From: Somniosus microcephalus | Taxonomy: Eukaryota | Reading direction: 5' to 3' | DNA: 64,000 bases | Assembly: GCA_052327205.1 (NCBI GenBank) | Contig: CM126207.1 | Location: 33,976,001-34,040,000, forward strand | Part shown: positions 25,190 through 36,593 of the stretch, in pieces | How the letters are laid out: each line of letters begins with the position of its first letter | How positions within the stretch are numbered: the stretch's first letter is position 1 | Notes under the pieces: generated by a model | Databases searched by the model: none | Told to the model about the DNA's origin: nothing | The model's input: the letters and a program-made list of their open reading frames with translations, nothing else | Program-made: the position numbers and the translations under genes

Positions 25190-25972
25190 CTACTGTCAAC
25201 AAGGGCAGACGTCGACGACGAAGTCCAAAACCGCTTTCAGTGTGCCAGTGCAGCCTTCGGTCGCCTGAGGAAGAGAGTGTTTGAAGACCAGGACCTCAAA
25301 CCCGGCACTAAGCTCATGGTCTGCAGGGCAGCAGTGATACCTGCCCTGCTGTATGCCTCAGAGACATGGACCATGTACAGCAGGCACCTCAAAGCACTGG
25401 AGAGGTACCACCAACACTGTCTTCGCAAGATCCTGCAAATCCATTGGCAGGATAGGCGCACCAACGTCAGTGTTCTTGCTCAGGCCAACATCCCCAGCAT
25501 CGAAGCTCTGACCACGCTCAATCAGCTCTGATGGACGGGTCACATTGTCCGCATGCCCGATACGAGACTCCCAAAACAAGCGCTCTACTCGGAGCTCCGG
25601 CATGGCAAGAGAGCCCCAGGTGGGCAGAGGAAACGCTTCAAGGACACCCTCAAAGCCTCCTTGAAAAAGTGTAACATCCCCACCGACACCTGGGAATCCC
25701 TGGCCCAAGACCACACAAAGTGGAGGAGAAGCATCCGGGAAGGCGCCGAACACCTCGAGTCTCTTCGCCGGGAGCAAGCGGAAGCCAAGCACAGGCAGTG
25801 CAAGGAGCGCACGTCAACCCAAGCACCCCACCCACCCGCCCCTTCAACCACCGTCTGCCCCACCTGTGACAGAGACTGTAGGTCCCGCATTGGACTCATC
25901 AGTCACCTGAGAACTCATTTTTAATGTGGAAGCAAGTCATCCTCGGTTCCGAGGGACTGCCTAAGAAGAAGA
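25190..25972 (+). mobile_element. 5'-truncated RTE-clade LINE (ORF C-terminus, C2H2 finger, 3' UTR)
   Basis: Translates as ASAAFGRLRKRVF..LLYASETWT..W.GHIVRMPDTRLPKQALYSEL..GGQRKRFKDTLK..CPTCDRDCRSRIGLISHLRTH, with one internal TGA (25529-25531) and an (AAG)n tail. Confidence 0.95.
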
Positions 25973-27192
25973 TATAACCCAACACAGCCCCAACATGCGA
26001 AAGTGAGTTTAGTTTTCAATAAAATCACGCCCATTTTTTTAAAGTCACTTATCCACATTTAAAGGAGATATTTTCCCATTTGCGTTCATTTTGACAAAAA
26101 TGTAGGTGTGCAAACACAGGGAAAAGACTGATAGTGGCCACAATTTGCTTTTTGCCTGTTACTATCATAACTCTGAAGTTATACTTAACAGAAGTGATTT
26201 TTTTAAAAATGTTGTAAGGATTGTTAAGTCCTTGTTAAAAGCTGTTTCTCAGCAACTTGTGCAGAATTATGAGGAATTAGTGGATATAAATGAAAATGAA
26301 GATTTTGAAGTAAAATGCATTGGACTGGGTGAATTGCCTAGAGTAGGGACATGCAACACTTTTGGAAGGGTTGCTGTTTTGAGCATTGAGGTTTGAAGGA
26401 TTTTCTGTTTTACCCTTAGGAGGAAATGAGGACTTTTGGAGCTATTGCTTTGATATTGTTCTAAAGTTAGATGCACCCTCCTCACTCAATTTGCAGCTTG
26501 AATTGTCATCATGGAATAATGCTGCATTATGCGAAACACTGTCAGGCTCTTTCCTGGCTCAAAAATATGCGGCTGCTTCAATTGTTCATCCAACAAATTT
26601 TTTCCTTGAGCAACTTTGGTGATGACTATATTCGCATAAATATTTATCATTGATTTCTCAACATAACACATGTGATTCCCATTTCTCCATTGGAAACAAT
26701 AAGAGGACACACACCTGTCCATGAAACAATGTATTTCCTGTAGCAGTGCGCTTCCTGTATGGTTACAGGACAATCCCCTACTGCATCATCATAGCTAAAG
26801 GAATGCTCTCTTCTGACAGAACATCTTCCAATAAAAGTTAGCAGGTTAGTAAACAAGAGGAAAGAACGATAACACGATCAAGGACCGGGTGATGTTGTTT
26901 CATTCCAGATCATGTCTGTTCTCACACATTTATCATTTTTGGCTGGGATTTAATGAAGATGAAGGAGACTTTTTTTTTAAGTCATCACAATGCAAAAGAT
27001 AAACTGCTCCAAGCTAAGCTTTCCACGGTAACTACTGTAATGTGACAACATTGTAGTGGAGTTTTCAGAGTGGGCTGTCAGTGGCTGCTGCTAAAACTGA
27101 ACCGGTCAGAGAAGGCTACAGCGAGGCATTAATGGCATTTTAATACAGGATGCAAGACACTCCTAGAAACCAGTGAACATACACACTGGAGG

Positions 27193-27540
27193 TAAAAACA
27201 GAAAACGCTGGAAACACTCAGCAGGTCAGGCAGCATCTGTAGAGAGAGAAACAGTTTAACGTTTCAGGTCGATGACCTTTCATCAGAACTGGAAAAAGTT
27301 AGAGATTTAAGTTTTTAAGCAAATGCAGAGCCAGCGTAAAGGGGGGGATGGGGGGGGGTGCAGGTATGATGCGGGGGGGGGGTGTGGGGGGTGGTGGCAC
27401 AAAGGGGAAGGTCTGTGATAAGATGGAGGGCAGGACAAAAGGGGCGATAGTGCAAGGCAAAAGGAGATGGTAATGGAGCAAGTAAAGAAACAAAAGATGG
27501 TTCCAGAGGAAGTGTAAATGGGTAACGCAGAACCATTATC
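27193..27540 (-). mobile_element. Penelope-like element terminal-repeat fragment
   Basis: AAACAGAAAACGCTGGAAACACTCAGCAGGTCAGGCAGCATCTG..GTTTCAGGTCGATGACCTTTCATCAGAACTGG is repeated at 36848-37009 and, decayed, near 52670. It carries a hammerhead motif, as is known for Penelope-like elements. Confidence 0.7.
27252..27291 (-). ncRNA. Minimal type-I hammerhead ribozyme motif
   Basis: Minus strand CAGTT-CTGATGA-A-AGGTC atc GACCT-GAAA-CGTT-A-AACTG contains the CUGANGA and GAAA boxes, a perfect 5-bp stem II, a palindromic ACGU stem III and stem I CAGTT/AACTG. Confidence 0.75.
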
Positions 27541-29950
27541 ATTACCATTCACATTTGAGGACTGTATTGCCAACATAGCCTCAGGATTGGACTTCATTGT
27601 GGGTTGGAAGAAGCCTGTTTACTGCTGCTGTTCGTAACCCATTAAGTTGCTAATGTAAATCAGGCATCACACACTGGGTCCACAGCAGAACTGGAATGGT
27701 GCCGCTCATTCGAGAGTCATCTTCGCTGTTACCACAAACCCAAATAGAACCAGTTTCCTCCCATTTTGTTTACCTCGTTGTACTGGCATGCTCACTGCTT
27801 GCCATCTGCTCAAATATCAAAACAGATTAAATGAGTCTTACTGTATTGGCCAATCCCTCAATATAATTGAGAATTTTTTTCTGTCGGGGTGCTTTTTTTG
27901 TGTGTTTATTGAGGTGAGGGATATTTAAGTTGATGAATGGAACTTTTTTTTCCAAATGTAAACTCAGTGTCCGAATGAAATACTCCACAATCTGGCGCAG
28001 TACAGATTAGATGCGGGATAAAGTTCTCCCCGGCCTGCCTCAATCATCTGGCTTATTCACAAGTTTCAGAAGACTGCCTCCTACTGTACCACAGTGGAAT
28101 TTCTATTGTCCATGTTGGCCATTCTTGTGACATTGCATTTAGTGCCAAATTATGCTTAGTTTCACATCCAAAATGACTTACTTCAGACTGATGCAAACTA
28201 ATTTCATGTAGGATGGTTTCAGTCGTCATAGAGATGAGACTTTTTCTCATCAATCCATGTCCCTGAGGTCTGAAGTCTATTCAAAAACACCATTATGTTG
28301 AAAGTTGTAGCGTGAGCTCTGTGACTGCCGCCATGTTGTATGCTGTGGATTTGACCCTGTGGAGTCTCGGAACCTGCAGATATTTTTGCAGAAGCTCCTG
28401 TCCCTCAACGTTGTTATGTTTCTCTGAATCAACACTGGCAAAGTAACCAGACACTACAGATATTCAGCTCCCAATGAGGTGTTCGTGCAGGATTTATTTT
28501 CTTTTAATAAAGGCTGCTGGAGAAAGAGATGAATTTAAACAGAAAATTATATAAATGTTCTGTAAAATTAAACTACATTATCTAGGCTTAAGACGTTAGA
28601 TGAACAAATACCCTTTGTCACCATGCTTATAATCCAAAACAAAGCTAAAACAGATCGCACCATTTCTCAATGGTGAGTTGTTCTTTATGCAGAGAGTATT
28701 CAACCTTTAATTGCCATCTTGCGCAATTCCAAACCACACACTTAAGACACCAAAGTGATGGTTAATCATTATGTTTGGAATATTTTCTTTTTCTGTTTTC
28801 TAGATCCTAACATGGGAGAGCTGAGTGATTTTGCAGCACTGTTCTACAACATAACATCTGCTACACTGTTGTAATCACCTGAGAAGAAGTGAATCCCAGA
28901 GCAAAAATATGATCACCGGTTTGTGGAGTCAGTTAGACTATCAGCCAAAAGGTGCATTAGTGCGGATCAGGGATGCCTTTGTGGTTTTTTTTCCCCCCGC
29001 GCCACCCATTTCTGTGGAGAATCATCTTACTTCCGCAGTGCACATCTTCCGTCATGACCTACGTTAGATCAGGAATTTATTTTTGTTGGAAACAGCAGGT
29101 GTAAACCTGTATTCTTCCTATCCATCCATTGCTGCAGTATTCTTCTTTTGTAGTGATTTGCAGATACAGATAGGAATGAAAATCCCTTCTTCCATTAACT
29201 TAACATGCAAAATGGACCAAGAGTGAAGTCTTGGACGGTTACCTGTGCTTTTGCTGAGATCATTGCTTGAACACGTGAATGCTCAGGTGGTGTGCATGCT
29301 TGCAGCTGGGGGGCCATTGCACTCATACAGTGGGTGCTGCACATTGAGCGGGTGCTCCCTCAGATGGTTACAACAGCAAAGCTCCATCGATTGCAAAAGT
29401 GATTCCCCGCAGATGGTGGTGGCAGGCTGATTGATTGATTGTGCCCATGAACCCCACGATGGTGTGCGAGCTTGTGCGGGGGTGGGGAGCAATTACATTG
29501 CATGCCTTTCTGCTCAAGTTTTTCCAGAGGGAAATAAAATGAGTAACAATGGAATTTTATTGGAATACTTCCTTTTGTTTTTGGATGTTCCTTCGAATCA
29601 TTAACGGCTGAAACACAGATGTCTGTTTATAGAATCATTTCAACAGAAATGGATCTGACCACAGATTCATCTTCAAGCATCTGCTTTTATTTTTTTTTCT
29701 CTTGGTTTTTGACGTTCCGGGAATATATATCTTTTTTTTGCCTTGTTTTTATTCATTCTGTTCCCTAAAATTTGGCTAAGTGGCGTTCAGAGATTTTAAA
29801 ATTCATGTAGTCGTGCAGTTGATACACTGAAACTAATTCTGATCCCACAAGTCTCCCGGGGGCTTAAAATAACGCTGATTAATTCAACCTCAACGAACAT
29901 AAGCCTGGAAATGACTGTTGCTAATATTGGCCTGGATTGTCCTGCTGCTC

Positions 29951-30080
29951 CAACAACAACAACTTGCATTTATATAGCACCTTAAACATCCCAAGGCACT
30001 TTACAGGAGCGATTATCAAACAAAATTTGACACCAAGCCACATAAGGAGAAATTAGGACAGGTGACCAAAAGATTGGTGA
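29951..30080 (-). mobile_element. L2 LINE 3' tail fragment
   Basis: (CAA)n-CTTGCATTTATATAGCACC..ATCAAACAAAATTTGACACCAAGCCACATAAGGAGA is the same as the 3' end of the L2 at 54586. Confidence 0.85.
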
Positions 30081-30499
30081 TAGGGTTATTGGCGACGAAC
30101 AAGGTCCTGATCCTCCAGTGGTGGATGTACGCCAAAATCTACTGGAAAAATCATTAGAATGCGCCACAGCGAGTATAGCGGCGAATTGGAAGCAGTGAAA
30201 CCAATGGTCAATTCTCTTTGAAGGAAAGCGTAATGGTGACAGAAGTGCGGCGGGGATTCGTTCTGCAGATTTTCTTTTTTTTTTCCCCCAGACGCTCCGA
30301 CTTAGGTTTCAAATTGCATATTAAAGTTTACGATCCCTGCAATAGATTGCATAAGGGTGCATTCCTTATCATTGAGTAGCCTCACGCAGCGGGTCTAACT
30401 TCAGTGCCTCACTGCCCTGACCCCAGCCTGATGCATCTGCCTGTTAACTTGGCACGTTGATCTCTCTCGATCATCCTTCCGGTCTTTAATCTGTGATAT

Positions 30500-30720
30500 A
30501 ACAACAACAACTTGCCATTTATATAGCACCTTTAACACAGTGAACTATCCCAAGATGCTTCACACGAGTGTTATCAAACAAAATTTGACACTGAGCTACA
30601 TAAGGAGATATTAGGACAGGTGACCAAAAGCTTGGTCAAAGAGGTAGGCTTTACGGAGTGTCTTACAGAAGGAGCAAGAGGTAGAGAGGCAGCTGAAGGC
30701 AGTGGATGTCCTGTTGGAGC
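30500..30720 (-). mobile_element. L2 LINE 3' fragment
   Basis: Has the same tail. The minus strand encodes the KTL..K.YLFDQAF ORF2 terminus. Confidence 0.85.
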
Positions 30721-30920
30721 TGTGGGGGAGGCTTATCTCTCCGTTAAAGTTAAGACCTTTGCTCTTGTGATCCTGTGGTAATGAAGATCTGGCAGTGAAT
30801 CTGCCTAAATGTTCGGCTCGCTTGCAGGACGTGGACTTGGAGACGTGGCGAGGTTGGTGCTGTAGTCCAGAGAAGAATGGCCAAAGAAACGATAAGGTCA
30901 GCAGCATTTTTAAAACTTAC

Positions 30921-30927
30921 CCTGACT
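30921..30927 (-). other. Candidate 7-nt micro-exon
   Basis: Minus strand cctttttgtttcttgttag|AGTCAGG|gtaagttt. Confidence 0.35.
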
Positions 30928-31459
30928 CTAACAAGAAACAAAAAGGCTTCAATCTTTATCTCCGAAATGTAAACAAAGTATTCCTTTTGCTAGTTTTTTA
31001 TTGCCTTGTAAATCATTGGAAGTTGAATTGTTTCCTTGCATTCCCACTGGTCAATTCTGATGTGTGTGTCTTTAATTCTTTTTAACACAAGGGTGTTAAG
31101 TCAGTGTTACAGGTCCGTCCGCTTACAGATAGCCTTTGTTTACCTTTTTATATCAACATACCTAAGATACTTTCACTGCAAGCTACAGACTATTTGGAGA
31201 GGCTGTGTATGTGTAAACTGAACTGCTGATGGAGCTTTTAAATCCATAAATCGTGCTGCTGCCAGGTCACCAGCGCCATTATTTTTGAGCCTAAGTGGAA
31301 ACCCTTGAAAATGGCAATCACCATTGATTATAATGAGGGGCGGCGCTATGATAATTAACCTCTCACTGTTTTCAGTGACGGTGATGGTGGATTGGCACAA
31401 AAGTCCCTGGAACATATGGAGTGGCATAATTAATGGCGTAAGTCACATTCAACAGTCTA

Positions 31460-31646
31460 CTCGTTCAGGTGGCTCCCATGGTACTTTTTTGAGAAAGAGC
31501 AGAAGTCCTGCTGTTCTGACCAACATTCACCCCATCGACCAATGCCATCTAAAACTCAACTAGAAATTGATCATTCGCCTCGTTGCTGTTTGTGAGACCT
31601 TGCTGTGCGCAAATTAGCTGCCACATTTGCCTACCAAACAGTGACT
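31460..31646 (+). mobile_element. Degenerate Deu-SINE fragment
   Basis: Contains TCCCATGGTACT..GAGCAG..GTTGCTGTTTGTGAGACCTTGCTGTGCGCAAATTAGCTGCC..AACAGTGACTA. Confidence 0.7.
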
Positions 31647-32838
31647 AGCGGGCGCGATCAGTGGTATGTTGGGTGGGAAAGTTTGTTGTTTTTGACAGTG
31701 GGTCGGGAACTCGCTGTCCTCTTGCTCCCACGTGCCTTTCCCCCAGGCATGTATGTCATCGCGGAGCCGACCCGACCGGCAGTGGCGGGCGATCCAATTG
31801 AAATTATCAGGTAGTTTACAGGCACTTAAGAGCCTTTTTAAACTTGCTTTTTAAATTTCCCTGCATGACCACGGGATTTACGCAGCTCGAGAACCACGTC
31901 CGTCAACCTGAGGTGGGAGTTCTGTAACCATTGCGCCAGCTGATTACTTGCCAGCATCAAATGTACCGTAAAAGCTCGCACCCGAGAGATCATCACTTTC
32001 CTCAGGCAGAAGCTGTTGTTCCGTCCATTTCCTGCACAGATTCTGTAGGCTGCAAGTCTTTCCAGCAAAGTCTCCATCCAGTGTCACCTCAGTGGAGGAA
32101 CTCTCTCACCATTGACAGAATGCTTCTGTCATCTGTACTTCACCTGCTATCTATTCAATCAACATGAGTACCATTTATAATATCTCACCTTGGTCTTCAG
32201 AATCCGACCACGATCAGCTCCAACACCAGCAGCACCAACAACAACACCAACCTTCTCCATAATCACCTGATGCTGCACAGGACACAGGGCATCATCACCC
32301 GTGCACATTACTGCCCGGGAGGCTAGGGATGGCCTCATCATGGCCAGATTCAGTTAACTTTACACTTTACATGATGTGCCAGGTTCGCACCACCCCACAC
32401 CAACACCATAAAGCATCCCTACAATGACCATACCATTCTTTTCACACTCATCGCCATTGCGGAGGGGAACCATTATGTGTCACCATTCACTGCAACTCAC
32501 TAAGCCACTTCCAAAGGTGCACACAAATCTGTCCAAGACTAGAAAGTTTTGAAAATAAAGATTTTTATGTTTGACACCACATTAACAGAAACTTTACATA
32601 AACATTGGATAAAACACCCAAGTGTGTTGTTAGTTGGTATGATTGCACCAGGATGAGGGTGAGTGTGAGGGGTGGCTAGTGAGATGGGGAAGTGATAATG
32701 TAGATAGAGAGGGATGGGTGGAGGTGCAAGGTATGTTGGTGTGAGTAAGGATGTGCAGGAGTAGGGTAGAGAAGGCAGAGTGCTGGGGATGTGATGAGAG
32801 GCACAGCAGGATGAAGTTGAGTGTGGCTTTGTACTAAC

Positions 32839-33250
32839 GTTTCCTGATCTAATGAGATCATTGAAACATTTGCACCCAGGTCCTCCTGACCACATCCCTG
32901 CTTGTGACCTCCTCTGCAATGTGCAACCAGGCTGTTTTGGTCTCCTGGGGAGGTCTCTTCCGCCCATCGGAAGAGAAGCAGACCTCCCTACGTGCTCTGA
33001 CTCCCTCCATAAGCATATGGAGGGTGTCATCGGAGATGTTGTGTATGTACCTTTAAGGGAATAACTGGTCTTAGACTGCAGTACCGGCAGTGACCACCCC
33101 TGTATAAAAGGCCCTAGCAGGCTTCTGTAGTTTCAGTTTCAAGCTGCCTCTTGTTCAGTAAAGTACCTGTTAAACTGTTCTCCCGAAGTCCGTGTATCAT
33201 TGAGGCGTGGACATTACAGGAGAGCCTGGGTGCAGCCCTCTGCCTCTGTG
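32839..33250 (-). pseudogene. Harbinger-derived Myb/SANT-like DNA-binding protein exon, frameshifted and split by a solo LTR
   Basis: Reconstructed as RAAPRLSDDTLHMLMEGVRARREVCFSSDGRKRPPQETKTAWLHIAEEVTSRDVVRRTWVQ/CKCFNDLIRSGN, followed by a GT donor. Confidence 0.8.
33037..33218 (+). mobile_element. Short solo LTR (182 bp)
   Basis: TGT...ACA termini and a 5-bp TSD GGAGA (33032-33036, 33219-33223), with internal TATAAAA and AGTAAA. Removing it restores the Myb reading frame. Confidence 0.9.
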
Positions 33251-33635
33251 CAGTTATTGTCAGTGTTTGCAGCACTCCAATATGCTATAGTGCACAGACA
33301 ACACTATGTTAGATAAAACTTCAAATGTAATGTGGCCATGGTCCATTTAAAGAACCCAGCTGAAAATGCGTCATGAATGACGTCACCAGACCCATCCCAT
33401 CTAATTGGCCGGGTAACGCACTGGGTAGACTTAATAGGCTCCATTAAGGTAAGTTCATTTTCAACAGCGGGATGGAGCCAGCAGCGGGGTCGCGACCCGC
33501 CATGGACACCGCCCGCACCGGTAGGCAAAATTCTGGCCATTGGTTGGTAAGCTTTTTGGGACATCCTGAGGAAATTGCAAATTCTTGTAAATTATTTTTG
33601 GTTTTATCCCCTTTTGAGGTGGGATGAAGACTCAT

Positions 33636-33785
33636 ATAGAACCATAGGAACAGGAGTAGGCTATTCAGTCCCTCGAGTCCATTCCACCATTCAATTATAT
33701 CATGGCTGATCTGTACATCAACCCCATTTACCTGCCTTTGATCTGTATCCCTTACCTTACAAAAATCTATCTACCTCAGTCTTTT
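33636..33785 (-). mobile_element. CR1 3' tail fragment
   Basis: CATAGGAACAGGAGTAGGCTATTCAG..CCACCATTCAAT..CATGGCTGATCT is the reverse complement of the CR1 tail. Confidence 0.8.
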
Positions 33786-34136
33786 GATAATATATGATGT
33801 GATATGCACAAATTTTCAGATAGATTCATGGCATTGAATCCGAAACCTCAGCAATATCATGACCTGCTCAGCCAGTGCAGTCTCCTTATCATTTAAATGT
33901 GCAGCACCCACTGCATTGTGGATCAGGAAGGCAGTCGAGGCATTTGAGGATGCCATTTGCATTTTTTCTGCTAACCAGCCCGTAACACTAATGCTGTTTT
34001 ACAGCACAGCAAAGATCTACGGCTGAAAAGTCTTTGCTGCTCTTGAATAAACCGATGGGGGAGGAATGGGTTGTGGCTGAGTCCATGAGTATGTGTGTGG
34101 TAAATTGGTAAACAGTCTGGTCTGGCCTGTTTACCA

Positions 34137-34568
34137 GTCAGCCAGTGGCTCAGTTGGTTGCACACTCACCTCTGAGTCAGAAGGTTGTGGGTTCATAGTC
34201 CCACTCCAGAGACTTGAGGGCAAAAATTTAGGCTGACACTCCAGTGCAGTACTGAGGAAGTGCTGCACTGTCAGAGGTGCCGTCTTTTGGATAAGACATG
34301 AAACTGAGGCCCTGTCCTCACAGGTGGACGTAAAAGATCCCATGGCACTATTTTGAAGAAGAGCAGGGGCGTTATCCCCGGTGTCCTGGACAATATTTAT
34401 CCCTCAATCAACATCACAAAAACAGATGATCTGGTCATTATTGCTGTTTGTGGGAGCTTGTTGTGCGCAAATATCCCACATTACAACAGTGACTACACTC
34501 CAAAAGTACTTAATTGGTTGTAAAGCGCTTTGAGACGTCTGGCGGTGTTGAAAAGCGCTATATAAATG
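34137..34568 (+). mobile_element. Deu-domain SINE (SacSINE1-like), full length
   Basis: Head GTCAGCCAGTGGCTCAGTTGG..GAGTCAGAAGGTTGTGGGTTCA, Deu core and GCGCTATATAAATG tail. Confidence 0.92.
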
Positions 34569-34611
34569 AAAGGAGAGTGAGGCTCAGACCATCTAAAGCA
34601 CATGGTGTTGC

Positions 34612-34761
34612 GCTGGTCATTATCACATTGCTGTTTGTGGGAGCTTGCTGAGTGCAAATTGGCTGCCGCGTTTCCCACATTACAGCAGTGACTACACTCC
34701 AAAAGTACTTCATTGGCTTTGGGACATACGGTGGTCATGAAAGGCAAGTTCTTCTTTCTTT
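34612..34761 (+). mobile_element. Second, 5'-truncated Deu-SINE 3' half in tandem
   Basis: CTGGTCATTATCACATTGCTGTTTGTGGGAGCTTGCTG..AAATTGGCTGCCGCGTTTCC..GCAAGTTCTTCTTTCTTT. Confidence 0.85.
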
Positions 34762-34949
34762 ACCTGGTACTCCTTTTCTATATGCAAGAATATGTAGTTG
34801 TAAATGTCATTCTGTTCTCAAATCAGTCCAGTTAGAAATATTCAATTGGCCAAGAAAAGGTACTTTCTCAAAGATTTATAGGAAATGTAAAATCACTTCT
34901 ATATTCTAGTAAGAGGTGCTAGTCAGCGGTGTACAAACGATAAATAATT

Positions 34950-35245
34950 TGGAAAAGTAAAATTGAAAAGAGTATGCGGTAAGGGCAGGGGGATGTGACT
35001 GAGTGGTTCGCTCTTTCAGAGAGTTGGCACAAGCACAATGGGCCGAATAGCTTCCTTCTGTGCTGTAAAATTCTGTAATTCTTTAAATACTTATTCGCTT
35101 CACTTTTAAAAGCTATTGCAGATTCTGCTTCCACCCCGGTTTCTGGTCAGACATTCCATGTCCTAACAACACTCTGCATAAAGAAAATTCTCCTGACCTC
35201 GCTTTTCCTTTTGGTGACATTCTTAAATTTTGGCCACTTGTGATA
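34950..35245. mobile_element. Two degenerate CR1 3' fragments, tail to tail (+ then -)
   Basis: GGGCCGAATAGCTTCCTTCTGTGCTGTAAAATTCT on the plus strand is followed by TCTGCTTCCACC..CATTCCA.GTCCTAACAACACTCTGC, which is the minus-strand element. Confidence 0.65.
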
Positions 35246-36226
35246 AACAGTATCATGAACATTACTGAACTGACCTCCACCCAGCCCTGAAGAACGACCA
35301 GATAATTAGTTATGAGCCTTTTTTAAAATCCGTATAACCTAGGAGGAGAAATGTCAGCCTAAGGACTGAAGGAAGGTGAGATTAGAAAATGAAGGCGGGC
35401 AGAGATGCAAATGCAAACAGAAAAGGGATTAATCTAGGGACAAACACAACAGCAAAGACACATGCTGGAGTAGTGTGACACTGGCACAAAGCTGAATGTG
35501 AAATTGGACATTTTCTGCAGTCGGCAGAAGCAAGGGATATCGGCTGTCTGAACTCTGCCCATTCAAATGGGTTTCGGGCAATTCTGGTGGGTGGTTTCTC
35601 CGATACCGCAGTTGATTACAGGGTTTAGAGTTGTGTGGTTCTTTAATGCTGAGGTCTGTGGTGTTATGTTACTGGTCTGGATTGCCAGCATGGTATGTGG
35701 CTAATTGGTGTGTTCAAAAGCAATAAAAGATTATTCTGAACCCATTAGACAGTGTCAACAGAGACAGGTGAAAACTATAGCCCCAGTAATATGGTGCAAT
35801 TCAGGAGGTGGGGCTGGGAAAGTGCTACAAGACAACAAAGGGATTCTGGGGAAAAGATTTAGAGGTTTTTGAATAGGTGGGGGGTGGAAGCGGTGTTAGT
35901 GAGCCAATGTTACATGGTTCAGAGGGGTCACTGAAAGTGCAGGAACTGTCATGACTTCCTAGCATTCAGCCTGATATTAACTGCACTTGGAGTGTCTAAA
36001 AGAGATAAGGGAGGTAATGAGAGAAGAAAGTTTTAGGTGACTTGGTATTAACAGTGAGGAGAAAGTCACATGGAACACCAAGAAGGCTATGTGTGTGTGC
36101 AACAGTTGAAAACTTGGTGCTCTACAAAAAAGATCTTAAAATTACATAAATTTTCACCATCATTCACCTCGCCCACACCCAGAGATTTCCTACTGTGTAC
36201 TCCAGCAGCAGCAGTAACATGTAGCT

Positions 36227-36385
36227 AAAGAAAGACTTGCTTTTATATAGCACCTTATCACGTCTCTGAGAAACAGCTCAAAGCACTTCACAGAAATCAC
36301 TTTGTAGTGTAGCTGCTGTTGTTTCATAGTCAAATGTGGCAGCCAGTGCGTGCACAGCAAGATCCCAAAACAGCAATGAGATGAG
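36227..36385 (-). mobile_element. Deu-SINE 3' fragment
   Basis: AAAGAAAGACTTGCTTTTATATAGCACC..GGCAGCCA..GCACAGCAAGATCCCAAAACAGCAATGAGAT. Confidence 0.75.
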
Positions 36386-36593
36386 TTCAATAGTTTTTGA
36401 CAGTTGATGCTCCCTGTGCTGCAATGCCAATCTGATCTTTCGAAGACGTACGCGAGAGTTAAAAGGAACGCTATGCGAATGTAATTATTATTGCTGCTGG
36501 TTTGGAAATGTAGCTTTGATGGGGAAAATGCAGACCAAAGCCTCTCTTTGAACCTCGTTCTACTTGATTTTTAAAGATGACTTCAGTTCTCTC

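Larger units (their letters stand above)
31648..33538. mobile_element. Internally deleted Harbinger transposon with remnants of its two convergent genes
   Basis: Right TIR GGCAAAATTCTGGCC. On the plus strand a transposase-like C-terminal remnant AREARDGLIMARFS* lies at 32313-32357, and on the minus strand a Myb/SANT-like exon. Subterminal motifs are shared with 40728-41604. The left end is not clearly defined. Confidence 0.75.

Noticed and set aside
34137-34215. tRNA genes at SINE heads
   Set aside because: The A/B-box-like heads continue directly into SINE bodies and do not form complete cloverleaves.
15140-36480. Array of phase-1 alternative last exons (acceptors near 17030, 26810, 30140, 35365, 36435)
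   Set aside because: A short open frame ending in a stop after any AG is expected by chance, and equally good acceptors occur on the plus strand (e.g. 28803, 30291).
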